Shown piece by piece: positions 14,240 to 27,970 of a stretch of DNA of 64,000 nucleotides (position 1 is its first letter; every line of letters begins with the position of its first letter). A program made the position numbers and the translations under genes. The stretch comes from Hemiscyllium ocellatum (taxonomy: Eukaryota). The notes beneath the pieces are model-generated. The model was not told the origin of the DNA. It searched no databases and worked only from the letters and a program-made list of their open reading frames with translations. The DNA lies in the NCBI RefSeq assembly GCF_020745735.1, contig NC_083417.1, positions 53,382,001 to 53,446,000 on the forward strand. Reading direction: 5' to 3'.

Positions 14240-15750
14240 AACTATACTGTATTTGTGCTTCTGTAATTCTGGTCTCTTGTGGACCTGCAATCACAACTGT
14301 CCCTCTATTGGTGGCCTGGCCTTCAGTTTCCCACTCCCAAAGCTCTGGATATATAGTAAAGGTCTTGCAGATCAGAGATTACATTCTTGAAAAACCTTGC
14401 AAACAGTAAATGTATTATGTTGCATTCACTCAATAATAGCTTATATTTATATATCATTTTTAAAGAATGAAAACAGCCAAAGGCACTTCTCAGAAGCATT
14501 GTAAAACAAAACTTGGTACTGAGCCATAATAAGGTCAGATGACCAAAAGCAATGATCAAAATTTCAATTAGAGTCTTAAAGGTACAAATCAGTATAAGAA
14601 GGCAGAGAAGTGTAGTGAGGTAAAGTCCCTCCACTTGAGAATTTGTTATCCACGTAAAACATTATGTGCCCAATTTTGCCAACTGGGGACAAAGTGCTTA
14701 AATGGCTGCAAAAAGACGGAGATAATGGAAGGTGTCTATAACATATTATATTGCACTTCCTAAACTAGAAAGCATGCATTGCATCAATATGGTTTACAGG
14801 AATGATTGCATGTAGATGTTCATTACTGTTACATCATTGCATTATACTGGTTAAATTTGTGACAAATTTTACACACTTCTTACTTTTTTTTAATAGGATA
14901 TCTTTATATGTATTAAAAACATGCTTTGAATTTTCATCTTTTACATATACCAGACAGTAGGAACCCATCCAATTGACAACCATTACAAAATACATTTGCT
15001 GTTTGCAGTGTTTTTGAATAATGCAACCCCTGCAAATGACAGGATTTTACTGTAAATCCAGGACTTAGGAAACTGAAGGTAAGGCCATCATTGATTAAAC
15101 AATTATGATCAGAGATGCAATCGAGGCCAGAATTATAGAAGTGCAGATATCGCAGAATTGTGCAGTTGGACAACATTACAAAGCTAGGAAAAGGAAAGGT
15201 CTTTGGCAAGATGGATTTGAAAACAAGAGTGTAAAATATTAAAATCAAGGCAGTACTTAACCACAGGTTAATGATAGTTAGAGAACAGAGGGATGCTGGG
15301 AAAAGAACTTGCTGCAAATTAAGACATAATGTAGCAGGGTTTTGAATGGTCTCAATGTTACAGAGAGTGAAATATGACAGACTATGCAGATCAGAATTGA
15401 AATTGAGGTAACTAAGACATGGATGAGCGTTTCAGCTGCAGAAAACATGTCACAGAGGTGGGAAAAAGTGGTCTTTAGAGATGATATGAATGAGATCAGA
15501 AACTCATTTTTGCAAACGTGAAACCAAGCTTGCAGAGACTGGTTTAATCTTAAGACTGTTGCCAGGTAGACCAATGGAATTGACAGTTAGGCAATGGTTT
15601 TTAAAATAAGTACCAAAGCAAACAAGTTCATTCATTCCAATATCTGGAATAAATTTCTGCTTATAGAGCACTCTATGTGGGATAAGCAACCTAATAATTT
15701 AGTAATAGTGAACAATTGAGAGAAATGATGGTGAGGGGGAGTTGGGTGGC
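14240..15750. mobile_element. Old L2-type LINE fragments in both orientations
   Basis: Degenerate L2 3' ORF2 peptide (AAETLIHVLVTS) and L2-like 3' tail sequences at about 14240-14350, 14440-14640 and 15050-15150. Confidence 0.55.
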
Positions 15751-16559
15751 TTCATGTGAAACTATGATTTCATAGGAGGTTTCAAGAACAGTGTAATTTT
15801 TACTTTTGGTTTTTTAAAAAGTGTGTAAACGAGTGGCTGCAAGTGATCTGATATTTCGACAGGCATTGTAAACAACTGTTTGAATACGCAATAATTTAAT
15901 TTCAGATTGCAGACAACCTGGAGCCAAGAGCTTTGTGCACTGATATAGCTCAATGGCACCAAGGAGTTGATTGACAACTGTTATTAGTCCACAGACCAAT
16001 TGCAGTGACCTTTTACTTGCCAACAACCATATGATTGGTTTTCAGTTGGCTGAGCAGCTTGGAGCTGGAAGTTACAGAGACAGAGAGCAAGAAAAAGAAA
16101 TGTGCTCCCCATCCATAGCTACCTAATCTCTGCATTTGAGTTTCGCTTAAACTTGAAGAAAACCAGCGATTTTTTTTCTGGCAGTAGTTGTTATGATTTG
16201 TGATTTTGAATTGATAGTTAGAGACATTTTCAAAGTGAATCAGTTACTCTGTACTTAAAAAGCTGTGGAAACATTCGGAGAAAGACGTCGGAATAATAAG
16301 GGATCTAGTCAGCCAAAGAATGATCATCTGAAGATCAAAACCAGGAAGCAAAGACTGCTGCCCTGACTTTCCACTTTGCCAATAATCTACTTTCTTAATT
16401 TGTTTGCCTGTGTGCAATAAAGGGGGAACTAATGACAGGAGTAAAATTTTAAATAGTTATGTTGATGCAAATGGTTTATATCAGTTTATCTGTAGCTATA
16501 GTCTAATTACTTGTAATAAATATTAATACTTATTCAGTACAGAAAACTTGTCCATATTT

Positions 16560-17330
16560 GGTTGTCCATGATGATAGTGAGGCATCATGGAGGTAGTGGA
16601 GGGTGTGGATGGTATCCCAAATGTATTGGGAGAGGGGGGAATTCCTGGACCAAGGACAGTGTCAAGACATGAGGAGAAAGTTCAGTGGAGCAGGTGGAGA
16701 TGATGAGTTGACCAGGGCAGTCAAGTTTGTGGACTTTGGTTAAGAGGTGTAACCTGGCAGTTTGGGGTTCTGGGACTATGAGGTTGGAGACTCTGGATGG
16801 GAAATCCCTTGAGGTGATGAGGTCGTGGATGGTCTGGAAGATGATGGTTTGGTGATGGGAGGTGAGGTCATGGTTGAGGGGGCATGTGTGAGTTGGTGGC
16901 TAGCTTCAACTCTGGAGAGATCATTGCGCCAAACTACCACTGCATTCACTCCCCCCAGTTTGATGTGAGCTTGGGGTTGGAGTGGAGGGCTGCGCATTGC
17001 GAGGGTGAGAGGGGTGGACAGGTTGAGGAAATCAATGTCACAGTGACAGTTAGAGATGAAGAAGTCGAGGGCAAATAACAGACCAGCACAGGGTGTCCAA
17101 GTGGATACAGTATGTTGGAGGCGGGAGATGGGGTCCTTGGAGGGTGGGTGGGAGTCCTGATGGAAAAATTAAGCCCGGAGGCAGAGGCGGTAAAAGAAAA
17201 ATTCAATGCTGCAATGGGTGTGGAATTAGTTGACCTGTAAGCATAGTGGGATGTAGATTAGACCTTTACTGAGGTCCGATCACTCATCCTCAGAAAATCG
17301 GAGGTTGGTTGGGGGTGGGGGGAGAATGGT
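16560..17330 (-). mobile_element. Degenerate Penelope-like RT fragment
   Basis: Minus-strand peptides (AVVVWRNDL; LNFSIRT) resemble the plus-strand PLE at 23055-25640. Confidence 0.7.
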
Positions 17331-17356
17331 GGTAAAAACTCTGCAAGGCTGGATGC

Positions 17357-20300
17357 TATGGGTTTCTCTATGCCCATCCCATCTTCTTGTAATAGAACTG
17401 TTTTTGCTCCCAGGTGTCTAGCATCAACTGCTACCTTGAAGGGTTTAATTTTGGTACAACCAACACTGGTTCATTGATCAAAATAGCTTTCAACTTCTCA
17501 AAAGATGCCTGGCCTAAGCACGCTACCTTGACTTTTGTTGGAGCAAATCCATCAGTGAAGAAGCTATCCTGATGATATTTTGGTACAAGTTTGTGACTAA
17601 ATCAACACTGAGATTTTTGGGCCTATCATTTCCTATTTAGTTTTAGAGGCAGGAAGCTCGGCTAATGCTGTACTTTTGCTTTTCTTGGAAGCACTTAACC
17701 GACGCTATAATATGCCGTAAGTAGGTTATTTGTGTCTCTGCAAATTCACTTTGGTGAGATTTATCAACAAATCAACCAACTGTAATTTCCTAAACAAAGC
17801 TTCCAATTGTTCCAAGTGGTCCTCCCACATCCGCACCATCATCAATGCAAACTACACAAATTAGAAAACTGGCCACTGCTTGATTCACAAGTGTCTGGAA
17901 AGTTGCAGCCGCATTTTCTTTTAGCCTGAATGCTATCATTTGGTGTTAGAGGAGATGGTCTGGTGTCACAAAGGCTGATGTCTCTTTATCTCTGGGATGT
18001 AAAAGCAACTAGTATCCTTTTATGATTTGGAGATGCCAGTGTTGGACTGGGGTGTAGAAGTTAAAAGTCACACAACACCAGGTTATAGTCCAACAGGTTT
18101 AATTGGAAGCATTACCTTTCGGAATTCCACTCCTTCACCAGGTGGTTGTGGAGAACACAATTGTAAGACACAGAATTTATAGCAAAAATTACAGTGTGAT
18201 CCAACTGAAATTATACATTCAAAAATACCTTGATTGTTTGTTGAGTCTCCCATCTATTGGAATGACCATTATAGTTTCACTTCTTTCATATGTAAATCAC
18301 AAAACTTTTCTTAAAGGTTACACTCTCATGTTAACTGTAATAATTGGCGTCAGCCAGATAAGATATTGTAGGTGTTAGCCCCCTGTGTTCCCTGTCTGTG
18401 CCATAATGTTTAGATTGATTCTAATCTAAAAAGTGAGTTAACAGAGTCTAACATGGATTCATGCAGTTTTTGAGCAAAGTACAATGTACCTCTGCAAGTA
18501 CAAATTCACATCCTTGACTGCAGCATATGAGATAGGATACCCCGATGCCCTGAGGCATGGTACATCAGTGAAACCGAGCAAAGGCTACGGCAATGGCCAC
18601 CGCACAACAATCAACAGACAAGAGTGTTCCCTCCGTTGGGGAACACTTCAGCGGTCCAGGACATTTGACCTCGGACCTTCGGGTGACCATCTTCCAAGAC
18701 AGACTTTAGGACAGGCAGCAGCGAAAATTGCCCAAGCAGAGGCTGATAGCTAAGTTCCATACCCATAGGGAGGGCTTCAACCAGGACCTTGGGTTCGTGT
18801 CACACTACAAGTGACCACCATTGCACTACACACACATGTATATACAGACAAGCACACAGACACTCCCACATACTCCTACAGACATACACACTCCCAAATG
18901 CATCCTCTCACAGACGTAAACATTTTACACACACACACACTTTCTCCCACAGACACTCACAACCCCCCCACCCCAGAAACATGCACACTCCTATAGACAC
19001 ACACACTTTTACACACACACATACATGCATCCTCTCACAGACTTAGACACACTTTTGTGCGGTGAATTTGTACTTGCAGAGTTACATTGTACTTTGCTCA
19101 AAAGCTGCATGAATCTATTTAAGACTCTTAACTCACTTTTTAGATTAGAATCAGTCTAAACATTATGGCACAGACAGGGAACACCTTCAACATCTTATCT
19201 GGCTGACACCAATTGTTATAGTTAACCTGAGAATGAAGCTTTTTAAAAATGTTTTGTGATTTACATATGAAAGAAGTGAAACTATCATGGTCATTCCAAT
19301 GGACGAGAGACTCAACAAACAATCAAGGCATTTTTAATGTATAATTTCAGTTACATCACACTGTAAACTTTTGCTATAAATTCTATGTCTTACAATTGTG
19401 TCCTCCACAACCATCTGATGGAGGAGTGGTGCTCCGAAAGCTAGTGCTTCCAATTAAACCTGTTGGACTATAACCTGGTGTTGTGTGATTTTTAACTCAG
19501 TATCCTTTTAACAAGTCTATTTTGCTAAGAAATCTGGGACTGCCAACCTTATTAATACAATATTCCAAACAAGGAAGTAGGTGAGAGTCTGCATTTGTTA
19601 ATTCATTGACATTTCTGTAGTTGACGCAGGATTAGATTGAGCCATGGTTTAAGTACGAACATGTTAGGAATTCTACTGATTTGATTGAGTTCATTTTGGC
19701 AATTTTCCAACGTGTTAGATTTCTGCTTTCACCTGAACTGCTTCTGTATATCTAAGGAATAAGGATACAGGTCATTCTGTAATAACATGTGTTTCATCAA
19801 CGCAAATTTTAAAACACGTTGGCTATAATGCGATTACAGTGCCAATACTTTAAGCACTGTTTCCAAAGTGCAATTTTTCTTTAACGCAGGATTGCGCAAG
19901 AACAGAACCATCGTGTTATAGAGGAACTGAGTGGGCACGGTTTTGTAGGAGAGGATTCTGCTAGGTCCAGGTCATGTATGGCTAATGTTGGACACCCACT
20001 TTTGTCCCCCACCCCTGCCACAGACTCTTCCCGATGATGATGCATCAATATATTGATAACACAATTAATTCTTCTTCCAGAAATCTGGTGCATAAATTAG
20101 ATAACCTTTTTAAAAATCTATGATGTATGGACCACTGAACAATGCTTGTACAATTCACCTTGTCATGGCAGTAATATTAACACGTCATCTCCTCATCAAA
20201 ATGTTGGGGATTTGATATGCTCGTCAGCTCATTGTTTCATGGTTATTTGTGATGATCTAAGGTGTACCTGATCTACTTTGCAGGCTCCCGTGAAATATTC

Positions 20301-21200
20301 TCAGAACAATGATACTTAGGTCTAACACGGATGGACTTCAGTCCTAAAACATTTCCTTGACTAGGGTCAGAGGTCCTCTTACTTCATGGCTGTAAACTAA
20401 TTCAAAAGGACTAAAACTAGAAACCTCAATAAGTGAATCACATGTGGCAAGCAAATTCCCATTTTTTTTCAATCATGATGTTAATCATGACAGTATATCC
20501 CAATTATTGTTTGATAGTACCTTTCAGAAATCCCTCGTGTCTGTGGGTGATGTTCTGAAGACTTTTAACTATGTTACAGGAAGACTATATAAGTTTATAA
20601 AAAAGGTTTATATGTGAAACTAGGACTGTGATCCAATTGGATCTCCATTGGCAATCTACATAGAGAAACCCGTAATTGGGTTAACCTCTCTTACTAACTT
20701 AGCATGATTATTCTCAAGGTCATGACCTCTTGAAATCGAAGTGGTAATATTCATGATAATAAGAATACACTGATGAACCACTTTTATATTCTCTCACAAT
20801 CCACCCAGTATCCTGCAAAATGGTTCCTCAAAAACTGGTATGGGAATTAGAGATGCTAGTTTGGTTGCCTGTTGCACTTTTAGCACAACCTGATACTTCT
20901 GGCATGTTTTAAGACTGCAGCATATCTTTGTGCATATGTGGCAAGTGAAAATATTGCTTTACATATGCTTGAACCCTATTGACTCTGACATACCCCGCTA
21001 TAGAAATTTCTATGTCTACCTTTGATATTTCTTGATGATATTTGGGTTGTACTATTATCTGTGCGAACGTCACCACTTCCTGATAGAAGCCCAGTTTTGA
21101 TATAGCAGCATTCTGGAACTTCCAACGCTTTGAATCGATTGGACTACTTCACTTAACTCTAGATTGGAGTGCTGCGCTTGTTAAGACTTACTGAACATTT
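17357..21200 (-). mobile_element. Gmr1-like Ty3/Gypsy pol remnant (integrase, then RT, then RNase H)
   Basis: Manual minus-strand translation gives integrase-like KTCQKYQ...LIPIPVFEEPF (~20800-21000), RT CVNYRNVNELTNADSHLLPCLEYCINKVGSPRFLSKIDLLKGY (~19500-19630) and RNase H FKVAVDA...VLLQEDGMGIEKPIA (~17357-17445). Confidence 0.8.
18023..19498 (+). mobile_element. Penelope-like (family A) insertion: inverted pseudo-LTR + GIY-YIG C-terminus + (CA)n + pseudo-LTR; 12 bp TSD
   Basis: Arms at about 18060-18510 and 19060-19497 are reverse complements. AGTATCCTTTTA occurs at 18011-18022 and 19499-19510. Internal HRTTINRQECSL..GEHF peptide. Splits the Gypsy RT at KGY. Confidence 0.9.
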
Positions 21201-22169
21201 CCTTTGGGAATTTGGATAATCCAAAGTATTAAGAATACTTTTGTTTTCTTGGACTGTGGACCAAAAAAACCCCAAAAAGGTACCATTTTAAACCAAAGGA
21301 ATCGCAAAGATAATGTTGCAGTTTTAGAAACAGGTTGCTGGAATTCATTCAGTGTTGTATCTACAGTATTGAAACATTGGAGAAGCATGTTAGACATCTC
21401 AGGTATGTGTGTGTGTGCACATGATAGACAGTACATCTGTCTGAGCATGCAGGGTAGTTTGGCTTAGAGACAATGCTTTGATTCGTATTTCAATTGACCT
21501 GTTGCTGTGCACTTAGAAGGACTCACAACTGCAACTACTTGATTAATTTCTGGACAAGTGGCTACAGTCTTATATGTGGCCAAATTAACTGAAACGTCTA
21601 TGTTACAATGAGAAAGCAGATTAATCTCTTTCCCCTCTCCTGTGTGCAGAAGTAATAAACTCCCAGTAGCTGTTCTCACTCATCATTTCCCTGTAAACCA
21701 AGCTCAATAAAAAAAACAACCTTTGAAATGAAATGAAAAATTCACTGGAGGAGGATGGTGTAGTCAAACATGAGCAGCAGCTGCTCACTCATACCTGGAA
21801 GTTAAATATGTACCGATCAGGTTAAAATGATGTTCACTTTCAGTTTTGGAAGATGCAAGATCAGTAAGTATAATGGTATACTATTTACCTACTTTATTAA
21901 ATGATGTATTCCTAGAGTTTATTTTGTTAATTTGCAACAGTTTAGTATTTCATTTCCTTCCCAAAATATTTATAATTTATAATTTTAGCATTGTAGCAGT
22001 CTTTGGGGTAGCTTTTCACTAATGTTCAGTGATCACCAGATTAAATAGATTGTCATGTTCTGTATTTACTTGACTATGGTTTTGAACTCAGCACACCAAC
22101 ATGCATTGTACATTTCAGAATTGATCTGGTTCAGTAATGTAACAACAAAAAAAAACAGAATTGGCATTT

Positions 22170-22858
22170 TAGAGTCAGAGATGTACAGCATGGAAATAGA
22201 CCCTTTTAAACCCTTCTCCTTCATATACCCATCCAGATGCCTTTTAAGTGCTGCAATTGTACCAGCCTCCACACTTCCTCTGACAGCTCATTTCATAAAT
22301 GCATCATCTTCGGTGTGAAAAAGTTGCCCCTTTGGTCCATTTTATCTTTTCCCTCTCACCCTAAATCTATGCCCTCTATTCAATGCTCTGACCAATAAAA
22401 GGAGAGCATACCAAACGCCTTCTGTGCTATCCTATCTATCTCCTACTCTATTTCAAGGAACTATGAACCTGAACTCTAAGGTCTCTTTGTTCAGGAACAC
22501 TCCCTCGGGCCTTACCAGTAAGTAAATAAGGCCTGCTCTGATTTGCTTTTCCAAAATGCAGCACCTCGCATTTATTCTAAATTAAATGCAGTCTCTGCCA
22601 GTCCTCAGCCCACTGGCCCATCTGGTCAAGATCCCATTGTATTCGGAGATAACCTTCTTCACTGTCCTCTACATCTCCAATTTTGGTGTCATGTTAAGCT
22701 TACTAACTATACCCTCTATGCTCCCATCCAAATCATTTATAAAAATGATGAAAAGTAGAGGACCCAGCGCTGATCCTTGTAGCACACCACTGGTCATAGG
22801 CCTCCAGTCTGACAAGCAATTCTCCACCACCACCTGCTGTCTTCTACCTTCGAGCTAG
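22170..22858 (-). mobile_element. CR1 LINE 3' fragment with internal deletions
   Basis: Reverse complement of the 8570-9610 CR1 region; LKRHLDGYM peptide. Confidence 0.85.
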
Positions 22859-22869
22859 TGCTTTAACTT

Positions 22870-25660
22870 CAAAATGCCATGAGAAATATCCAGTGTTTAA
22901 CCCACTGCCACCTCTCTTCCAGGAATGCCTACCCTGAAGAAGTACTGCTCTTCTCTCCGACAGGATTTTCATTTGTCTCTCTTCCCCTGTCCACCTTCAC
23001 TGCATTCTTTTACTCTCCCAGTGCTAGACAAGGAATTTACTTAGACTCGCTTCCATGGCCATATTTCCTTCCTCAGTGAGTGTCTTCACCTCCGACTTAG
23101 TCCACGTGGATTTCAACTCAAATTCCACCCTGCATGCAGCATCCAGGATTGCAGGTACTTGCATGATATACAACATTTTTCCAACTGCTGTTCTCGCTGC
23201 AGACCTAAAAGCCACACTCAGGGCCATGCGCCACCACATGAAAGCACTCAACACCTCTCTCCAGGAGCACAGACTTACTCTCTTTCAAAGCTGTCCTGGT
23301 CCACAGTTTCATTTCATCCTTCGTATTATTCAACGCCTTAACTCCAAACTTTTCCTGTTTCTTGCCGATGTTAAGGAATGCAAACTTCAACTTCTTATCC
23401 ACACCCCTGCCCACCCTCCACCTTCCAACAGTCCCAATCCCGCGAACCCCATCTCTACCAGCCCCAGCCCTTGCTGTGTGTTCACCATATCCTCTGACCT
23501 TCCCCTCTCTGAGGCTGAGCGTGCTGTTCTCAGCAAAGGACTCAGCTTTGTACCCTTATGTCCCTACCTCAATGAATTCTGGGCTCGACATGATGCTGAG
23601 CTCTTCTTCCGTCACCTCCGCCTTCATGCTCACTTCTTTGGGCAAGAGTCTTCCCCCTGCTCCACATATCCTTTCACATCCCTCCAACATTCCACCTCTA
23701 ATTAGACACTCCCGCTAGGACAATTTCCTGCCCTCAATCGTTTCATTGACAATTGTCGACGGGACATTGGCCGCCTTAATTTCTCTGCCCCTCTTACCCA
23801 TTCCAACCTCTCTCCATCCGAACTTTCTGTCCTTCGCTCCCTTAGGTCCAACCCCAACCTTGTCATCAAACCTGCTGACAAAGGGGGTGCTGTTGTCCTC
23901 TGGCATACTGACCGCTACCTCGTACAGGCTGAGCGCCAACTCTCAGATTCCTCCTCCTACCTCCCCCTGGAGCATGACCACACCACTGAGCATCAAGCCA
24001 TTGTCTCCAACACTGTGACTGACCTCATTTCCTCCGGATGCCTACTCCCCCACAGCTTCCAACCTCAGTCTCCCAACCCCGGACAGTCTGTTTCTACCTA
24101 CTCCCCAAAATCTACAAGAAGGGTGTCCCGGTAGGCCCATTGTATCAGCATGCTCCTGCCCCACTGAAATTATTTCCTTCTATCTTGACTCCATCCTTAT
24201 TCCTCTGGTTCACTCCCTCCCCATTTACATCCGGGATTCCTCGGATGCCCTGCGACACATTGACAGTTTTCAATTCGCAGGCACCTTCTATTCACCATGG
24301 ACGTGCAATCACTTTACACCTCCATCCCACACCAAGACAGCTTGAAAGCTCTTTGCTTCTTTCTCGAAAAGAGGCCTGAACAAACTCTATCCAACATCAC
24401 TCTCGTCCGCCTGACTGAATTTGTTCTCTCTCTTAACAACTTCTCCTTCAACTCATCCCATTTTCTCCAAATCAAAGGTGTAGCAATGGGTACCTGCATG
24501 GGTCCTAGCTATGCCTGTCTTTTCATGGGGTATGTGGAACATTTCTTGTTCCAGGCACACCCAGGTCCCCTCCCACAATTGCGTTATCAGTACATCGATG
24601 ACTATTTCAGTGCAGCTTCATGCACTCATCCTGACCTGGAAAAATTCATGAACTTCGCTTCCAGTTTCCACCCCTCCATCACCTTCACCTGGTCCATCTC
24701 CAACACTTGCCTTCCTTTCCTTGACCTTTGTCTCCATTTCCGGCAATAGTCTATCCACTAATATCCACTGACTCCCACAGCTATCTGGACTACAGCTCTT
24801 CTCGCCCTACGTCCTGTAAGGACTCTATCCCTTTCTCTCAGCTCCTTCGCCTCAGTCACATTTGTTCCGATGAGGCCACTTTCCAAAGTGGTGCTCTTAA
24901 TATGTGCTCCTTCTTCTCCAACCGTGGCTTCCCATCTACAGTTGTTGACAGGGCTCTCGACAGCATGCAGTCCATTTCCCGTGCCACGACCCTCACCCCC
25001 TCCCTCCCCTCCCAGAACAAGGATAGGGTCCCTCTTGTTCTCACCTTTCACCCCACCAGCCTTCACATGCAAAGAATAATCCTCCGCCATTTTCGCCAAC
25101 TCCAACATGACGACACCACTAAACACATCTTCCCTTCCCTCCCCCTGTCTGCATTCCGCAGAGATCGTTCCCTCTGGGACAACCTAGTCCACTCCTCCAT
25201 CACACCTAACACCTCTCCCATCACACACGGTACCTTCCCATGCAATCGCAAAAGGTGCAACACCTATCCCTTTACTTCTTCCATGCTCACCATCCAAGGC
25301 CCCCACTCATTTCAGATTAAGCAGCGTATCACTTGTACCTCTTTCAATTTGGTCTATTGCATTCGTTGTTCCCAATGTGGTCTCCTCTATATCGGAGAGA
25401 CAAAACGCCGAATGGGTGATCGCTTTGCTCAGCACCTTCGGTCTGTATGCAATTAGGTCCTGGACCTTCCCGTGGCTTGCCACTTCAACACACAATCCTG
25501 CTCCCATGCCCACGTCTGTCCTTGGCCTGCTGCAATGTTCCAGTGAAGCTCAACGCGAACTGGAGGAACAGCATCTCATCTTCCGACTAGGCACGTTATA
25601 GCCTGCCGGTCTCAACATTGAATTCAACTTCAGATTATTATCCCATCTGGACCCCTTTGT
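22870..25660 (+). mobile_element. Near full-length Penelope-like element (family C, Neptune-type), RT + GIY-YIG endonuclease, frameshifted
   Basis: VLSKGLSFVP, KPADKGGAVV, MDVQSLYTSIPH, GVAMGTCMGPSYACLFM, YIDDYF, Cys linker GTFPCNRKRCNT, and YCIRCSQCGLLYIGETKRRMGDRFAQH. Confidence 0.93.
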
Positions 25661-25662
25661 TT

Positions 25663-26604
25663 TCATTCTGCTCCGTAGAGTGTGGTGCTGAAGTGTCCAT
25701 CCTTGATGGAGATGCGTATGTCCAAGAATGAGACAGATAATTGAGAGTGGTCCATGGTGAGTTTGATGGTGGGATGAAACTTGTTGATGTTACTGTGTAG
25801 TTTTATCAGTGACTCCTCGCCATGGTTCCAGAGGAAGAAAATATTGTCAGTGTATCTGGTGTATAACATTGGTTGGAGATCCTGCATAGAGAAGAAGTCT
25901 TGTTCGAACCTGTGCTTAAAAATGTTGGCATATTGGGGTGCAAATTTGGTCCCCATGGCTGTTCCGTGTGTCTGGATGAAGAACTGGTTGTCAAAGGTGA
26001 AGACGTTGTGACCGAAGATAAAGCAGATGAGTTGTAGGATGGTGTTTGGAGATTGGCAGCTGTTGGTGTTGAGTACTAAGGCTGTTGTCGCAATGCCATC
26101 ATTGCGGGGGATGCTGGTGTAGAGTGCGGAAACGTCCATTGTGATGAGGAATGTTCCCGGTTCAACTGGTCTGTGGGTGCTGAGTTTCTGTAAGAAATCT
26201 GTAGTGTCGTGATAAAAGCTGGGGATCTCCTGTACAATAGGTTTCAAGATGCCTTCAACACAGCCGGAGTGATTCTCACATAGGGTCCCATTGCCTGAAA
26301 CGATGGAACGTCCTGGTGTGTTGGCTTTCTGTACCTTTGGAAGGCAGTAAAAGTCGCCTACACGAGAAGTACGTGGGATGAGGGCGCATAGGGAACTCTG
26401 AAGGGCTGGATCCAAAGTTCTGGTCAATGCGTTTAATTCACAGGCATATTCTTTGATCGGATCAGCTGGTAGTTGCCTGTAGTGTTCCTGGTTGTTCAGT
26501 TGTCGGTACACTTCCTTGCAGTAATCTGTTCTATTCTGAATGACAATGGCTCCTCCTTTATCTGTTGGTTTGATGTCAATGTTGTGATTAAGCAGATAAA
26601 ACAC
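25663..26604 (-). mobile_element. Penelope-like RT fragment, uninterrupted 313-codon frame
   Basis: KPTDKGGAIVI, FYCLPKVQK, MDVSALYTSIP, GTAMGTKFAPQYANIF; the catalytic YxDD is degraded to YTDN. Confidence 0.92.
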
Positions 26605-27228
26605 ATCCAGAAACCCTAGCCACTCTACCCTACATCAAAGACATCTCAGAAATGACTGCCAGATTACTCAGACCCCTTGACATCATGGTAGCCCACAAAC
26701 CCACCAACACACTAAAAAAGCAGCTAATGAACTTGGAAGACCCAATACAGACAACAAGCGAAACTAATGTCATTTACAAAATACCGTGCAAGAACTGTAA
26801 CAAACACTACATTGGACCAACAGGCAAAAAAACCAGTCACCAGGATACATGAGCATCAACTAGCCACAAAACGACATGATCCTCTCTTACTAGTATTCGT
26901 ACATACAGATAAGTAAGGACATCACTTCGACTGGGACAACACATCCATCCGAGGACAAGCCAAACAGAGACACACACGAAATTTCCTAGAAGCATGGCAT
27001 TCCAACCGGTACTCTGTCAACAAACACATTGACTTGGACCCCATCTATCACCCTTTGAGAAAAAGAACAGGAAATGACATCACCAACCCAAGGAAACCCA
27101 AATATATAAACAATAAGCAGGAAACACCAGCAGTGCTTCATCCGGAGGCTCATTGGAGATGTTACTTAGTGTGGTGACAAAACATCTAAAAATGAACCTT
27201 CCACCTCAGTGAGCAAACCTATATCCAG
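26600..27228 (+). mobile_element. Penelope-like (family B) 3' end: GIY-YIG domain + pseudo-LTR with degenerate hammerhead
   Basis: TLPYIKDISEMTARLLRP...NVIYKIPCKNCNKHYIG, FDWDNTSI, FLEAWHS; terminus shared with the 34387-34874 and 43946-44637 elements. Confidence 0.9.
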
Positions 27229-27616
27229 ATGGGTTTTAAGGAATGTCTCATTGGAAAAATGTGAGGCAGGAAGCTTTATGGAGAGGATTTCACAAATGGT
27301 TTTTGCTCTGTTTTGATTAGTGCATAAAACTAAAAGTTTTAGTTTAAAATTAGTTTTTAAAAATCCTCAATTCTATTCCCACTGAACTGCTTATCACAAA
27401 CTTCCCACCTTGGCCCTCATGTTAGCCTATGTTGTAAATAGCTTTTTTCAGATACTATCCTTTTCTCCTTTAAGTTTCTGTCATCTCAATAAAGCAACCG
27501 CTGAAATTACATCTTTGAAAAGCATTTTCCCTTCTCCAATGTCCACAATTGTCTCCACTGTATTTGAAAGTACTGTCACTTTGAGTCAGTTTCTAAACTT
27601 TTGCTAGAACTTCTTA

Positions 27617-27970
27617 GAGTCATAGAGATATACAGCATGGAAATACACCTTTCGGTCCAACCCGTTCATGCCGATCAAATATCCCAACCCAATCTAATCC
27701 CTTCTGCCAGCACCTGGCCCATATCCCTCCAAACCCTTCCTATTCATATACCCATCCAAATGCCTCTTAAATGTTGTAATTGTACCAGCCTCCACTACTT
27801 CCTCTGGCAGCTCATTCCATACACGTACCACCCTCTGTGTGAAAAAGTTGCCCCATAGGTCTCTTTTATATCTTTCCCCTCTGACCCTAAATCTATGCCC
27901 TCTAGTTCGGGACTCCCCGACCCCAGGGAAAAGACTTTGCCTATTAACCTTATCCATGCCCCTCATAATT
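27617..27970 (-). mobile_element. CR1 3' end fragment
   Basis: TRGHRFRVRGERYKRDL..FFTQRVVRVWNELP..FKRHLDGYM. Confidence 0.9.

Noticed and set aside
15970-16560. Possible LTR of the adjacent Gypsy remnant
   Set aside because: Composition is LTR-like, but I found no matching second LTR, PBS or PPT.
18789-19046. His/Thr-rich ORFs
   Set aside because: Translation of a degenerate (CA)n tract inside the Penelope element.
25663-26604. Domesticated or active reverse transcriptase
   Set aside because: Catalytic YxDD is YTDN and the frame is truncated at both ends; it is a young fragment, not a functional gene.
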